Shown piece by piece: positions 49,759-59,772 of a DNA stretch of 64,000 nt; the stretch's first letter is position 1; the number at the start of each line of letters is the position of its first letter. The stretch spans positions 88,393 to 152,392 of the forward strand of contig CAYYKL010000001.1 in NCBI GenBank assembly GCA_964441155.1, given 5' to 3'. A program made the position numbers and the translations under genes. This DNA is from an uncultured Pseudomonadales bacterium (GTDB lineage Bacteria; Patescibacteriota; Microgenomatia; UBA1400; RBG-16-45-19). The notes under the pieces were generated by a model. It did no database searches, had not been told where the DNA came from, and saw only the letters and a program-made list of their open reading frames with translations.

Positions 49759-51534
49759 TTACTTGAATTTTGCAAAATAATTTTGACAAAATTCTATTTG
49801 TGATTTCTTTTCTACAAGCATGTCTTGATGATTAGATAGCTCGATAAATGGTTTCAGCTGCACGTCATTGCAGAATGCATCATTATAAATATGCCAATAC
49901 GCGCCATTATCAACCACCGATGGAATCGTAAGCACTTCACTATTTTCATGTCCTTCACAAACACCTCTCCATGATTCATTTATCACGATAGCGTCTTTGG
50001 AGGGATTGGCACATTCAGTGGTAAATATAATATTATTTATACTTGATGTGTGATCTGAAAGTTGTTGAGCAAATTCAGATGATGTTTTTTTGGAGTAATA
50101 ATCCGAATAGACAATATAATTCCACAGCATTACAGGCACATCCACGGCATGAACATAAATTGGTACTAAAGGGTCAATGCTTCTAATTCTATCAATATAA
50201 TTAATAACGACACGCTCACTGAAATAACTAATATTCAATCCAAGTATGGGATATCTATAGAAATACTGGTACCCAAAGTAGAGGATCGAGAAACCATAAC
50301 ACAAGAAAAGCACTATTTTGGTTATCTTTGATTCTAATAGCCAGTAAACCCCCCACGCAATAAAGCCGATTAAAAGCGTATAGGCAAAAAACATTCTCAA
50401 AAGATACCATGAGCCTCCTGCATTAATCGTTGAGGGAATCGCTGCAATAAATATAAATCCTATTATTGAAATATGTTTATGAAAATGCTCTTTATGCCGA
50501 CCCATGAAAAACAATCCCAGCAGAAGTAACCCGAAATCTATTGCATAAAACCAGCCATGTCCCCAAACAGCAAATTTACTCTGCGCGGGCTCACCCGACC
50601 AGAACATCATCAGAGAATTAAATGCGCCTATAAATTTTTCCGTAATAAATTTTACGGTGATAATTACTTTATTGCTAAATAAGGATGCAAACGGATTATC
50701 TAAAGACAATCTACGCTCATTATTTGTCTGCTCAGAAAGAAATTCTGTGTCTTTAAAAATTGACTGAGAGAATCGATCTGCGACTGATTGATTGGGTAAA
50801 AGAAATGATAAATACGCCACAAATAAAGCTAAGCTCAGAAGTAAAAACGCTTTTATTTGTCGTTTGATTTTTTGACCTTCTTGGCTGGTTGCCTTATGCC
50901 AAAGTAATAAAAATAACCATGGAAGAAAAAGTAATTTATAACCTTGATAACCAAAAAAACCCACCGATATCAAAATAAAACTTAAACTTATTCCCCTCCA
51001 TGTTTTAGTCCTCAAAAATAGAGAACCTGCTAATAAATAAAAGAATACGCTAAAAACAGCATCATACATCAGTCTAGATAATTGCCACAGAAGTGGATTA
51101 AAACTTGCGACTACTAATACACAATTAGCCAGTTTTCTATTTTTGTACCATTCGTAAAAAAACCAACTCAAAACAAATGGGAATAATATCCCCAGCACAA
51201 GAGAGAGTCCCCTAGTAGCTAATAGTGGATTTTCAATTAGCCCGAAAAAAGGAATCATAAATACGCCAGGGAGTTCGGCATACATCGGATGAAGTGGTTG
51301 CAAACTCCAGGGGGCATAAGTTTGATCAATAGTTTTTCCCGTTAAGGCCATTGCTTTGGATTGGGCAGCATACACCAGTTCATCATGGGTGAGGGCAGCC
51401 GGAAAAACACTCGCCAAAGTCAGTCGACTCAATAGAATGCCAACTAGACAAGCCACAATGACAAAGATATATCCTCTTCGATTAATTAAATCGTATCTTG
51501 TAAAAAGCTTTCTTGTTTTCATATTAAGCTGCAC
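49759..51534 (-). CDS. GT-C fold glycosyltransferase (ArnT/PMT_2-like)
   Basis: PAALTHDELVY..ALTGK, NPLLWQLSR, multi-TM. Confidence 0.8.
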   Translation of the reverse strand: MQLNMKTRKLFTRYDLINRRGYIFVIVACLVGILLSRLTLASVFPAALTHDELVYAAQSKAMALTGKTIDQTYAPWSLQPLHPMYAELPGVFMIPFFGLIENPLLATRGLSLVLGILFPFVLSWFFYEWYKNRKLANCVLVVASFNPLLWQLSRLMYDAVFSVFFYLLAGSLFLRTKTWRGISLSFILISVGFFGYQGYKLLFLPWLFLLLWHKATSQEGQKIKRQIKAFLLLSLALFVAYLSFLLPNQSVADRFSQSIFKDTEFLSEQTNNERRLSLDNPFASLFSNKVIITVKFITEKFIGAFNSLMMFWSGEPAQSKFAVWGHGWFYAIDFGLLLLGLFFMGRHKEHFHKHISIIGFIFIAAIPSTINAGGSWYLLRMFFAYTLLIGFIAWGVYWLLESKITKIVLFLCYGFSILYFGYQYFYRYPILGLNISYFSERVVINYIDRIRSIDPLVPIYVHAVDVPVMLWNYIVYSDYYSKKTSSEFAQQLSDHTSSINNIIFTTECANPSKDAIVINESWRGVCEGHENSEVLTIPSVVDNGAYWHIYNDAFCNDVQLKPFIELSNHQDMLVEKKSQIEFCQNYFAKFK

Positions 51535-51546
51535 ATTTGTATTTTT

Positions 51547-53283
51547 TTATTTTTTTCTATGTATGAACAAACTATACAACCAAGCTCTGCCTCTCGCCAT
51601 GACCCTATTATTGTAATCAACTAAGGATAATAGGCCGAAAAGAGCCAATATTTGAGATATTAATCTCACTCTCGTAATACCATTGAAGCGTATGCTTACC
51701 ACTTTATTACCAGCTGATACGGGTAAAATAATTAATCCTTGGAATGCCTGCGTTGATTCGTAAATTTGCGTGACCTCGTTATTAACTTTTGCAATCCAAC
51801 CTGGAAAGACTGCTCGTTTATGCACGAGAAATCCACTCTCATTGATGTGCGCAAAATAGTTAAGGTGAGATCCGCTTTTGTGGATATAGTTTATTTCAAC
51901 TTCCTCTTGATCGTCAAGATTTGCGCTCAGTTTTTTTACAAATAAGGTTTCTTTAGCTAGATCAGGAATAGAGGTTAAGGTTTTAGGCTTATGCTCATCA
52001 AAGCTTGATGCAACTCCCGACCATTCAAGCCATTCATAATCGGACCTATAATTAGCTTTTTTTGGATAGCCATACGCTGCATATGCGAATATCGCTGAAA
52101 AAACCAATATTCCAGCGAGGAGTTTTATTGTTAAAGTATTTGAACGAGACAACAGTTTGGGAGTTAGAGCGACAGAGCCAATACATATGATAACCAAGAG
52201 TCTCCAGGGAAATTGGAGGTATTGCAAGGGTGCGAATGAATCCCACAATGCAGCGGTGAAAGGCTGCATTAAGCCGATAGAAATAAGAATCCATGCAATC
52301 CAAAGTCCTACGCTGTAATCTCTTGGTTTTTTTAGCCAATAAAGCATTCCTGAAACTAAAACCAACATCGGAAAAATCCCTATTTGCAAAACCTCCAAAA
52401 ATATGGAGCTTGAGTGTAACGATCTTCGAAAATCAAATAAGTTCCCGATTTGAATAAATTGATTTGAATGCTGCATTAACCATCCACTTTGATTGTAGCT
52501 AATCAAGCCTTTTTCAAGAATGGCCGGTATCCAATACCAACTCGAAATAAGCAATCCTTGTATAAACGAATAAAACGCGCGCAATGCATGAGATTTTGAA
52601 GCAGTTAACCAATGATGCAAAAGCAACATGACAAGAATCGTTGTTCCAATTGGCAAATGGCTAAGTAATAACCCCGCTACGCTTAGCGCTACACCAGTTT
52701 GCGCTAACGACTGTCTTGCAGTTGATTTTGTTGTTTCCAACAACCATAAGAGGGTCAATCCCAACGAGTATGCATACAATTCTCCAATCGCACCCCGCCA
52801 ATAGACGATGAGCAGAATATAGGGATTGATAATGCTCACCATGCCGATAATTGCGGAAATCGATCTTGGGAGTTTATAGACTCTTGCTAAATTTGTGGCT
52901 GAAATAACAGCAATTAATAGGGCAGTTAACACTAGCAAGTTGGTACTTTCCTGGAGTGTCCTGCCAGTTATATAAAAAAGCACTCCCATTGCATACGGCA
53001 ATGGATATATATAGTTAAATACAGGATATCCTAGCCCACTATTTAAATTTGGTGCCCATCTGGGAGGGAATTGGCCTTGTTTTAATGCTAAATAATAGTT
53101 TGCTAATCTAGCTACGTGGTGATTGTAATCATCTGATTCATAATATACATCCAATAAAAGCGGTCTAAAAAGAAATACAGTTAAAACTACAAGCACCAAT
53201 CCAAAAAAAATATGTGCAAAGCTAAACAACTGCCATTTGCGCCTACTTTTGATATCGGGCGATAACATAGGCTTGAAGTCCAT
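51547..53283 (-). CDS. PTPS-related/YfhO-like GT-C membrane protein
   Basis: SDDYNHHVARL, GQFPPRWAPNLNSGLGYPVFNYIYPLPY, RGAIGE, LQFPWRLL, FPGW; start may be slightly downstream. Confidence 0.8.
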   Translation of the reverse strand: MDFKPMLSPDIKSRRKWQLFSFAHIFFGLVLVVLTVFLFRPLLLDVYYESDDYNHHVARLANYYLALKQGQFPPRWAPNLNSGLGYPVFNYIYPLPYAMGVLFYITGRTLQESTNLLVLTALLIAVISATNLARVYKLPRSISAIIGMVSIINPYILLIVYWRGAIGELYAYSLGLTLLWLLETTKSTARQSLAQTGVALSVAGLLLSHLPIGTTILVMLLLHHWLTASKSHALRAFYSFIQGLLISSWYWIPAILEKGLISYNQSGWLMQHSNQFIQIGNLFDFRRSLHSSSIFLEVLQIGIFPMLVLVSGMLYWLKKPRDYSVGLWIAWILISIGLMQPFTAALWDSFAPLQYLQFPWRLLVIICIGSVALTPKLLSRSNTLTIKLLAGILVFSAIFAYAAYGYPKKANYRSDYEWLEWSGVASSFDEHKPKTLTSIPDLAKETLFVKKLSANLDDQEEVEINYIHKSGSHLNYFAHINESGFLVHKRAVFPGWIAKVNNEVTQIYESTQAFQGLIILPVSAGNKVVSIRFNGITRVRLISQILALFGLLSLVDYNNRVMARGRAWLYSLFIHRKK

Positions 53284-54889
53284 CTAAATACGTAATTTCA
53301 TCAAGTACTTTGAGATCAGACGTTTCAATTTCATCTAAGCATTGGCTTTCAAGCACATACACTGCGCCTGTTTCCCATTTCGATGAGGGCACGCAATGAG
53401 ACCTGTCAAAAACATACTTATCCAACGAATAAACATTTTTAAAACGAGCAAAAGGTTCTTGTTGCAGCGATTGTGGGCTAATTTGTCCTGACAAAAGAAT
53501 ATAAGCATATAAGGGTCTCAAATCACTGGTAACAATAACTTTTGAAGTGTTTGAAGAATAATTCTCAATCTTCTGTGCTATTTGGGTGTAAGGCCAGTTG
53601 CGGTGCCAAGGTTGGTATGTTTTTTGTTGAATTGCAAACTGACCAAAAAAATATAAAACAGAATACGCATATGCAATTACTAGTCCCCCGACTAATACTT
53701 GTTTTAGAGGATTATGAGACCTATGCGCAATTTGCTGCAAACCAAGCGCTACAAAATAAGCTAGGGGTAAAATCATTACAAAAGTGCGAATAGTACTAGG
53801 TGTTTCTTGAACAGTAAGCATCGCGGGAATAGGAGCTACCACCAACATTAAAATAATATAAAGCAATTCTTTTCTTCTTTGTTTTAATGCACTCAATATC
53901 CCTAAAAACATAAGGGGAAATTCCACAATATAGAAGGGGCCGTGAAAAGGAATTTGATAGCGACGAGGTTCCCCCCAATGCATAAACAGAAAGTCCGCTG
54001 AAAAATACGAAATATATTGGTTAAAAATCTCTCTAAAATAAAAATGTGGTTTGTTATACCACAATCGCAACAACCATACTGGGGCATAGTTCGTTGCGCC
54101 AGCCGTTTGTTCGAATATATTTGCAAGAGGAACGTCTGATGTAAAAATGCTAACATCAGCAATTCTATTCGAGCTCGATAACACAATAATAGAAAAAACA
54201 AATGCTGCAACAATAGGCAGAACAACTCGCAGCGCATTTTTTAATGAGATACTCTTGCGCATGGTCATAAAAAACAGACTTAACGTTGCAAAAAGGGGCA
54301 AAATAATTTTAGCCGAGTGATATGAATACATCGCAAAGAATGAAGTGGCAAACAAGAGCATGAGCATCTTGTACTTTTTCTTTTGAAGATATGCCAATAG
54401 CAGAACGATTGTCAGCAAAAAGAAAGTGAACGACATAATTACTTCTTGAGTTGATCGACTTATGACAATATGCCATGGCGAAATTGCTAATACAAAAGCA
54501 AGGATAATTCCCAAAGTTTTTTGTCTTAAACGAACTGAAATTAACCACACTAAAAAAATTGATGTTACTCCCAGCACAGCCGAAGGTATGCGCGAAGCAG
54601 CGACAGTAGGTCCAAACAACGAAATAAAGGGAATTTGAAAATACGAGTACAATGCCGGTTTGGGGTCAATTAGAGAATGTAATGTAAGGGGTAAAAAACG
54701 ATTGTCCTCATCCCTACCCGTTTCCAATAGAGAAATTGAATTAATTAAAAAGGATGCCTCATCGGCATGAAACCCATGAGGAGTATTACCCAAATCAAAG
54801 AATCGAACCGCTGAAGCGATGAATAAAACGAGCACCAACAGCAAATAGGTGTAATTCTTGGCCAAAACACCGCTTAACCTTTTTTTCAT
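53243..54889 (-). CDS. GT-C fold glycosyltransferase (ArnT/PMT_2-like)
   Basis: RFFDLG.TPHGFHADEASF..TGRDED, DPKP, SPWHIVISR. Confidence 0.85.
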   Translation of the reverse strand: MKKRLSGVLAKNYTYLLLVLVLFIASAVRFFDLGNTPHGFHADEASFLINSISLLETGRDEDNRFLPLTLHSLIDPKPALYSYFQIPFISLFGPTVAASRIPSAVLGVTSIFLVWLISVRLRQKTLGIILAFVLAISPWHIVISRSTQEVIMSFTFFLLTIVLLLAYLQKKKYKMLMLLFATSFFAMYSYHSAKIILPLFATLSLFFMTMRKSISLKNALRVVLPIVAAFVFSIIVLSSSNRIADVSIFTSDVPLANIFEQTAGATNYAPVWLLRLWYNKPHFYFREIFNQYISYFSADFLFMHWGEPRRYQIPFHGPFYIVEFPLMFLGILSALKQRRKELLYIILMLVVAPIPAMLTVQETPSTIRTFVMILPLAYFVALGLQQIAHRSHNPLKQVLVGGLVIAYAYSVLYFFGQFAIQQKTYQPWHRNWPYTQIAQKIENYSSNTSKVIVTSDLRPLYAYILLSGQISPQSLQQEPFARFKNVYSLDKYVFDRSHCVPSSKWETGAVYVLESQCLDEIETSDLKVLDEITYLDGLQAYVIARYQK

Positions 54890-54973
54890 ACTTTATTGTA
54901 ACAGTGATTTTCACGCTTAAACTGCACTAGTTTAGACTTTGTAACCTTTAATCTATAAGCCTTAGGGAACTTT

Positions 54974-55636
54974 TTAGACCATTTTAATTTTGGTAATAAC
55001 CACCCAGGAGAATTGCTTATATTTTTCTCTGAAATCCTCATTTCGATATTCAAAATGAAGCGGACCATTTACCTGCGACATCGTTGCTAAGTCCTCCAGA
55101 AAAACCAAAAGGTATTCATTTCTGCTTTTCGTTCCATATAGGAGCAGGTTTGGAGTGACAACTATCTCTTCATAGCGCCAATCGATTCCAAAGTGAGCTT
55201 GCAAAGCGTTGCTATCCAGCGTATTTTCAAGCAAACCTTCTAAAGACTCAATCGAATTAGATTCGTAGCTAATCCAAGGCACAAATGAATCGCACCGCTC
55301 AAGAACCATCGTTTCAGGAAAAAAGGTTTTAAGTTCGCATGCAGATTTGGGTGGGTCAAACAGTCTCAAACCTCCATAGCCGATCAAATCTCTAAACTCC
55401 CAGAAAGTCCAAGGATTCACATCGCGATTAGATACAATATTCGCAATGAAGCTCTCTTTTCGAGAATGTTCAATTCTATTAAAAAAAAGCGCTCCTAGTC
55501 TCGGTTGAGTGAGACAATACAAGCTGATGATTATTATAGAACTTGTAAGGACTATAATTGAATCATTCAATACTAATTTTTGTTTGCGTTTCGCCATAAA
55601 CGAGGCACGCAGTCGATTTAAGCCATTATGAAACAT
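54974..55636 (-). CDS. Hypothetical single-pass membrane protein, FWE[FW]RD family (copy A)
   Basis: One N-terminal TM segment, FWEFRD, NGPLHF; similar to 59147-59737; start 55636 or 55597. Confidence 0.75.
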   Translation of the reverse strand: MFHNGLNRLRASFMAKRKQKLVLNDSIIVLTSSIIIISLYCLTQPRLGALFFNRIEHSRKESFIANIVSNRDVNPWTFWEFRDLIGYGGLRLFDPPKSACELKTFFPETMVLERCDSFVPWISYESNSIESLEGLLENTLDSNALQAHFGIDWRYEEIVVTPNLLLYGTKSRNEYLLVFLEDLATMSQVNGPLHFEYRNEDFREKYKQFSWVVITKIKMV

Positions 55637-57340
55637 AGTATTAGTATAATTTTCCTTCTGATTTTGTCCATAATCTTCTCAGGTGATGCTCTTTTTACAA
55701 ACCTTCAACCTGCGCATATGGATGGAGTTGTGCACCTAACAAACATGGCGATCTTTAAGGAAGCAATTGAAGATGGTGATTTCCCGGTGAGGTGGACGGA
55801 TGGGTTTGCAAATTATGGACTTCCCATGGGATCTTTCGCGCAACAATTCACTTCCTACTTTGGAGCCCTCCTCACCTTTCTCACCAATGATCTGAACGTT
55901 TCCTATAATTTAGTACTATTATCTGGAACTTTCTTTTCATTATTGCTGCTGTATGCAACTCTAACCATGTATACAGATAATCTTTCGGCTCTTGCTGGCT
56001 CTGTTGTCTTTAACTTCTCTAGCTATCGAATTATTAATGCACATATTCGTGGCGCCTTACCTGAGTTTTTTTCAAGTGTTTTTCTTATTGGTTTGCTTTA
56101 TACATCTGCGCTCTTGTTTAAAAAAAGAAGTATATTAGCGTTTCTTTTGACAGTTTTGTTCTTTTCAGGCTTGATATTAACTCACCCCATGATGCTAGTT
56201 CCCGCCTTCGTCATACTTATCCCCTGGACCATTTTTCTCTACTTCGAGTCAGCAAAGGTTAACAAACCACTTGAAGCTAATAATAGCTTAATTATCCTTA
56301 CATTAGGAATGCTTTTGGGTTTAACGCTCAGCGCTTACTATTCTTTGCCACTTCTGCATGATATTAAATATTTCTATTACGGACAGCAATCTAATCATAT
56401 TGGACCAGAAACGCACCTAAGTGTATCTGAGCTTGTCGAGCCAGCTTGGCATTATTTTTTTGTTTCAAACAACAGCATCTTGTCCAGAGGACATGTTATT
56501 AAATTTGGGCTTATTGAGTCGGGAATTCTTGTGTTTGGCTTTTTACTTTTAGTATTTCGCAGGCGATTCAGAATCAATAAAAATGTTAATTTGCTAGCCA
56601 TGGTCAATATCGTTGCAGCAACTTTATTGTTCTTGGTTTCTAGGTATTCAGTTGAATTATATCAAAAAATTAGTTTTCTCAGCTCGATTCAATTCCAATG
56701 GAGAATGCTTTCTGCCTTGATTATCGTGCCACCTATTATTTTGGCAATATATTTGAATTCTCTCAATAAAATCCCACGACAAATACTATTCTTGATTATC
56801 TCATGCAGCATAACTCTCGTAAGCGCTAAGCAACTGTATGGCAAGAATTTCCAATTTCTTTCACAGGATTACTATTATCGGACGGTTCAAAATTTGCATT
56901 CTAACAATATGAATACTATTTGGACGGGAGAGACTAGCACCTATCCTTCAAATCAACCACAAGTTGAAATAATAGAGGGAGATGGAGAATTACTCCAACA
57001 GAATTTCCACAATTCTTCACGTGATTATATTTTACAAGCGCAGGCCTCAGTGAGAATCCTAGATAAAACGTTCTATTTTCCGGGCTGGAAAGTCTATGCA
57101 GGAAATGAAGAGATTCCCATCGAATTTCAAGACCCCAATTATCGTGGTGTAATCACGTTTCAAATACAAAGCGGCCAGCACGCTATTCGAACAGTATTTG
57201 AACCGACAAAAACAGTCCAAATTTCGAATGTGATTACTCTAGTCACACTCATAGCTCTGCCATTAATCGTCCTTATACTCATAAAAATTAATCTATTGTC
57301 GAATCGAGATCACAAACGAGCCCTTGAGATGATGCATTAA
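55628..57340 (+). CDS. PTPS-related/YfhO-like GT-C membrane protein (copy A)
   Basis: HMDGVVHLT, DGFANYG, RGALPE, QFQWRM, TFYFPGW, FQDPNYRGV. Confidence 0.8.
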   Translation: MKHSISIIFLLILSIIFSGDALFTNLQPAHMDGVVHLTNMAIFKEAIEDGDFPVRWTDGFANYGLPMGSFAQQFTSYFGALLTFLTNDLNVSYNLVLLSGTFFSLLLLYATLTMYTDNLSALAGSVVFNFSSYRIINAHIRGALPEFFSSVFLIGLLYTSALLFKKRSILAFLLTVLFFSGLILTHPMMLVPAFVILIPWTIFLYFESAKVNKPLEANNSLIILTLGMLLGLTLSAYYSLPLLHDIKYFYYGQQSNHIGPETHLSVSELVEPAWHYFFVSNNSILSRGHVIKFGLIESGILVFGFLLLVFRRRFRINKNVNLLAMVNIVAATLLFLVSRYSVELYQKISFLSSIQFQWRMLSALIIVPPIILAIYLNSLNKIPRQILFLIISCSITLVSAKQLYGKNFQFLSQDYYYRTVQNLHSNNMNTIWTGETSTYPSNQPQVEIIEGDGELLQQNFHNSSRDYILQAQASVRILDKTFYFPGWKVYAGNEEIPIEFQDPNYRGVITFQIQSGQHAIRTVFEPTKTVQISNVITLVTLIALPLIVLILIKINLLSNRDHKRALEMMH

Positions 57341-57343
57341 ACT

Positions 57344-59095
57344 TTAGAAGTCTTTTTTAAAGAGTCTACTTATATTCGAATAAAGTGCTGGTCTACTCGA
57401 AAGGTATATGCCCCCAATTAATCCCATTGCGATTAATGAAATCAGCTTAGATGCGAATCGAACCTTGGTGTCTTTATATCTTAAATCTATGCGATAACTG
57501 CCTTGAGGTATTTTGAGAGTCATAACTCCACGATAACTTGGATCTTGATATTCAACGGTTTGTTCGAGACCATCTATTAAGATTGTCCATCCAGGAAAGT
57601 AAAAGGTGTTAAAAGATATCCTCGAGGGTATTTCAGCAGAAACTTGATAAGAACGTTTCGAAGCTGTTTCTTTAATAATCCTAGCTTCCGCCGTTCCCTC
57701 AATTACCGTTAACAAAGTTTTTTGCTGAGGATAGTCCTTAGTCTCGCCCACCCAACGAGGATTTAAGTTTGTGCTATGCAGGTTTTCTTTGGTAAAGGAA
57801 TAATAGTCAACGTCATGATTCACATAGTTTTTTCCATACGCTTCTGGAAGCCTAGTTAAGGCTAAAATAATCAGTAGAGCAAGAATTGAATATTTTTGCA
57901 GCCGAAATCTAGCATGCAAAAGAGTAGCTAACACTGAAACACTAAAGTGAAATGACATCAAAAATCTCCATGGGTATTGAAGATTGGATAAAAACATCAG
58001 CTTTGAATACAAAGGCGCTGATAATGGAGTGCACAGGAAGAGCGAAAGTGACGCAGCAAAGAACCAAATTCCCAAGGCTCTATTACTTTTGCTTTTGCAA
58101 GCAAGCAAGATAATAGTGACCAATGCAATCAAATATATGCCAAGCTCGATTATGCCGATGGGAATAGGTCCAATTCTAGGGCCAGGATGATCGGTCAGGG
58201 AAAAATAGGGCCATTGAATAACCGAAGCACTCTTCCAATTTAAAAATTTATCCAATTCAATGAGAGATGCCCCCGATCCCTGATAGAAATACTTTGTCTC
58301 AATTATTAATGGAAACAAATAATAGGCACCTGCCAATATTCCCAGCGCAATCATGCTCGTCACCAAAAAAATATTGGAGAATGCTGATTTTTTTAGAGAT
58401 ATCTTCGAAAAAGCAATCGCGACTAGTAGTGGCATGGTTATGATAATTGCCATTGGATGAGTAAGCACGAGCAAAGCACTTAAGACTGCCACTAAAGCTA
58501 ACCCCCGCGCAGTTGGCTTGGACAAGCTTTTTGACATTTGAAAAAGCAAAATTGGCAACAAAGCACTTACCAATAGTTCCGGAATAGCACCCCGACTATA
58601 AATATTGATTATTCGGTAATGTGAGAAAGTCCAAACCAGAGATCCACCCAATGACGTAAGAGTGACTCGCTTTTCATTTGGCACTGGCTTTTGCAGAATA
58701 TTTTGCAAAAACCAGAACATCCCCAAACCACTGAATATAGTGCTGACTAATATAATGATTTTGAAAACTATATGTGGAGATAATCCCAAAAGCAAAAGGG
58801 TGGCACCAAATATTGCACTTGTTTGATGGGCAATTAAACTTAATGGATACCCATAATTCGCAAACCCCTGAAACCAAGAAGGAATTTCCACCCCTTTAAG
58901 AATTTGAGCGTACTGCACTGCGGTTGTAAGGTGAATGTGTCCATCAAAGGTTGTGGGAATTCCTGGATGGGATAACAAGTCAAGATTTAGCAAAATACTT
59001 GAGAAAAATATAATGCCATAGGCCCAAAACTGGATAGATAATAGAGCATAACTATTTCTTACATACTTGCTTACTTGCATGTATTTATTATCCAC
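57344..59095 (-). CDS. PTPS-related/YfhO-like GT-C membrane protein (copy B)
   Basis: TFDGHIHLT, QGFANYG, RGAIPE, QYPWRF, TFYFPGW, YQDPSYRGV; start GTG 59095 or ATG 59080. Confidence 0.8.
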   Translation of the reverse strand: MDNKYMQVSKYVRNSYALLSIQFWAYGIIFFSSILLNLDLLSHPGIPTTFDGHIHLTTAVQYAQILKGVEIPSWFQGFANYGYPLSLIAHQTSAIFGATLLLLGLSPHIVFKIIILVSTIFSGLGMFWFLQNILQKPVPNEKRVTLTSLGGSLVWTFSHYRIINIYSRGAIPELLVSALLPILLFQMSKSLSKPTARGLALVAVLSALLVLTHPMAIIITMPLLVAIAFSKISLKKSAFSNIFLVTSMIALGILAGAYYLFPLIIETKYFYQGSGASLIELDKFLNWKSASVIQWPYFSLTDHPGPRIGPIPIGIIELGIYLIALVTIILLACKSKSNRALGIWFFAASLSLFLCTPLSAPLYSKLMFLSNLQYPWRFLMSFHFSVSVLATLLHARFRLQKYSILALLIILALTRLPEAYGKNYVNHDVDYYSFTKENLHSTNLNPRWVGETKDYPQQKTLLTVIEGTAEARIIKETASKRSYQVSAEIPSRISFNTFYFPGWTILIDGLEQTVEYQDPSYRGVMTLKIPQGSYRIDLRYKDTKVRFASKLISLIAMGLIGGIYLSSRPALYSNISRLFKKDF

Positions 59096-59146
59096 ATATG
59101 TTGAATGAATTGCTATCTCAACAATTCCGCATTACGATTAATCAGC

Positions 59147-59737
59147 ATGAAAACGAAACTATTTATAATCGCATTTTTACTAATTGGTGCTTATTTGAGT
59201 CTTCTTGCAAAACAGGTTTTTACTTCTATAAACACCTTATGCTCGCTAAACTCCTATGTACGAACCCATAATAAAATAGATGCAAAGTGGTTTTGGGAAT
59301 GGCGAGACAAAAATTATGGCTTTTATACCTTTGACAATAACGTGGTGTCGCCGGGAATGACGCATCGATTTAATTCTAATAATTCTGAAGCTTTTTTATT
59401 GGAGGCGTATACTGCGCCAAATATAAGAAGCGTTGATTATGTTGCTATTCCTAATATTACACCCAGCTCACTTTCCACAATTAAAGCACTATCTGCTCAA
59501 GAAAATAAGAATATCCCTATTAAAACTGAGTCTAATTATTCACTAAGCAAGCTCGTCGATTCAAATGTGATTCAACTAGAAACATCGTTTACAACGGAAG
59601 AATTGATGCATACAAATGGCTTATTTGATTTTTTACCCGAAGAACGTGAGCAACTCAAAGAAAAAGTGTGGAAGTCAGTCAACCTCATAAAATTTTCGCC
59701 CTGGGCAAGACATATGTGCCATCAACCTTTATTTTGA
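59147..59737 (+). CDS. Hypothetical single-pass membrane/exported protein, FWE[FW]RD family (copy B)
   Basis: MKTKLFIIAFLLIGAYL anchor, FWEWRD, NGLFDF; ATG 59147 follows TACGAT (track 59105). Confidence 0.75.
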   Translation: MKTKLFIIAFLLIGAYLSLLAKQVFTSINTLCSLNSYVRTHNKIDAKWFWEWRDKNYGFYTFDNNVVSPGMTHRFNSNNSEAFLLEAYTAPNIRSVDYVAIPNITPSSLSTIKALSAQENKNIPIKTESNYSLSKLVDSNVIQLETSFTTEELMHTNGLFDFLPEEREQLKEKVWKSVNLIKFSPWARHMCHQPLF

Positions 59738-59772
59738 CAACGTGGATTGGCATTGCTGAAAATTTATCAGCT

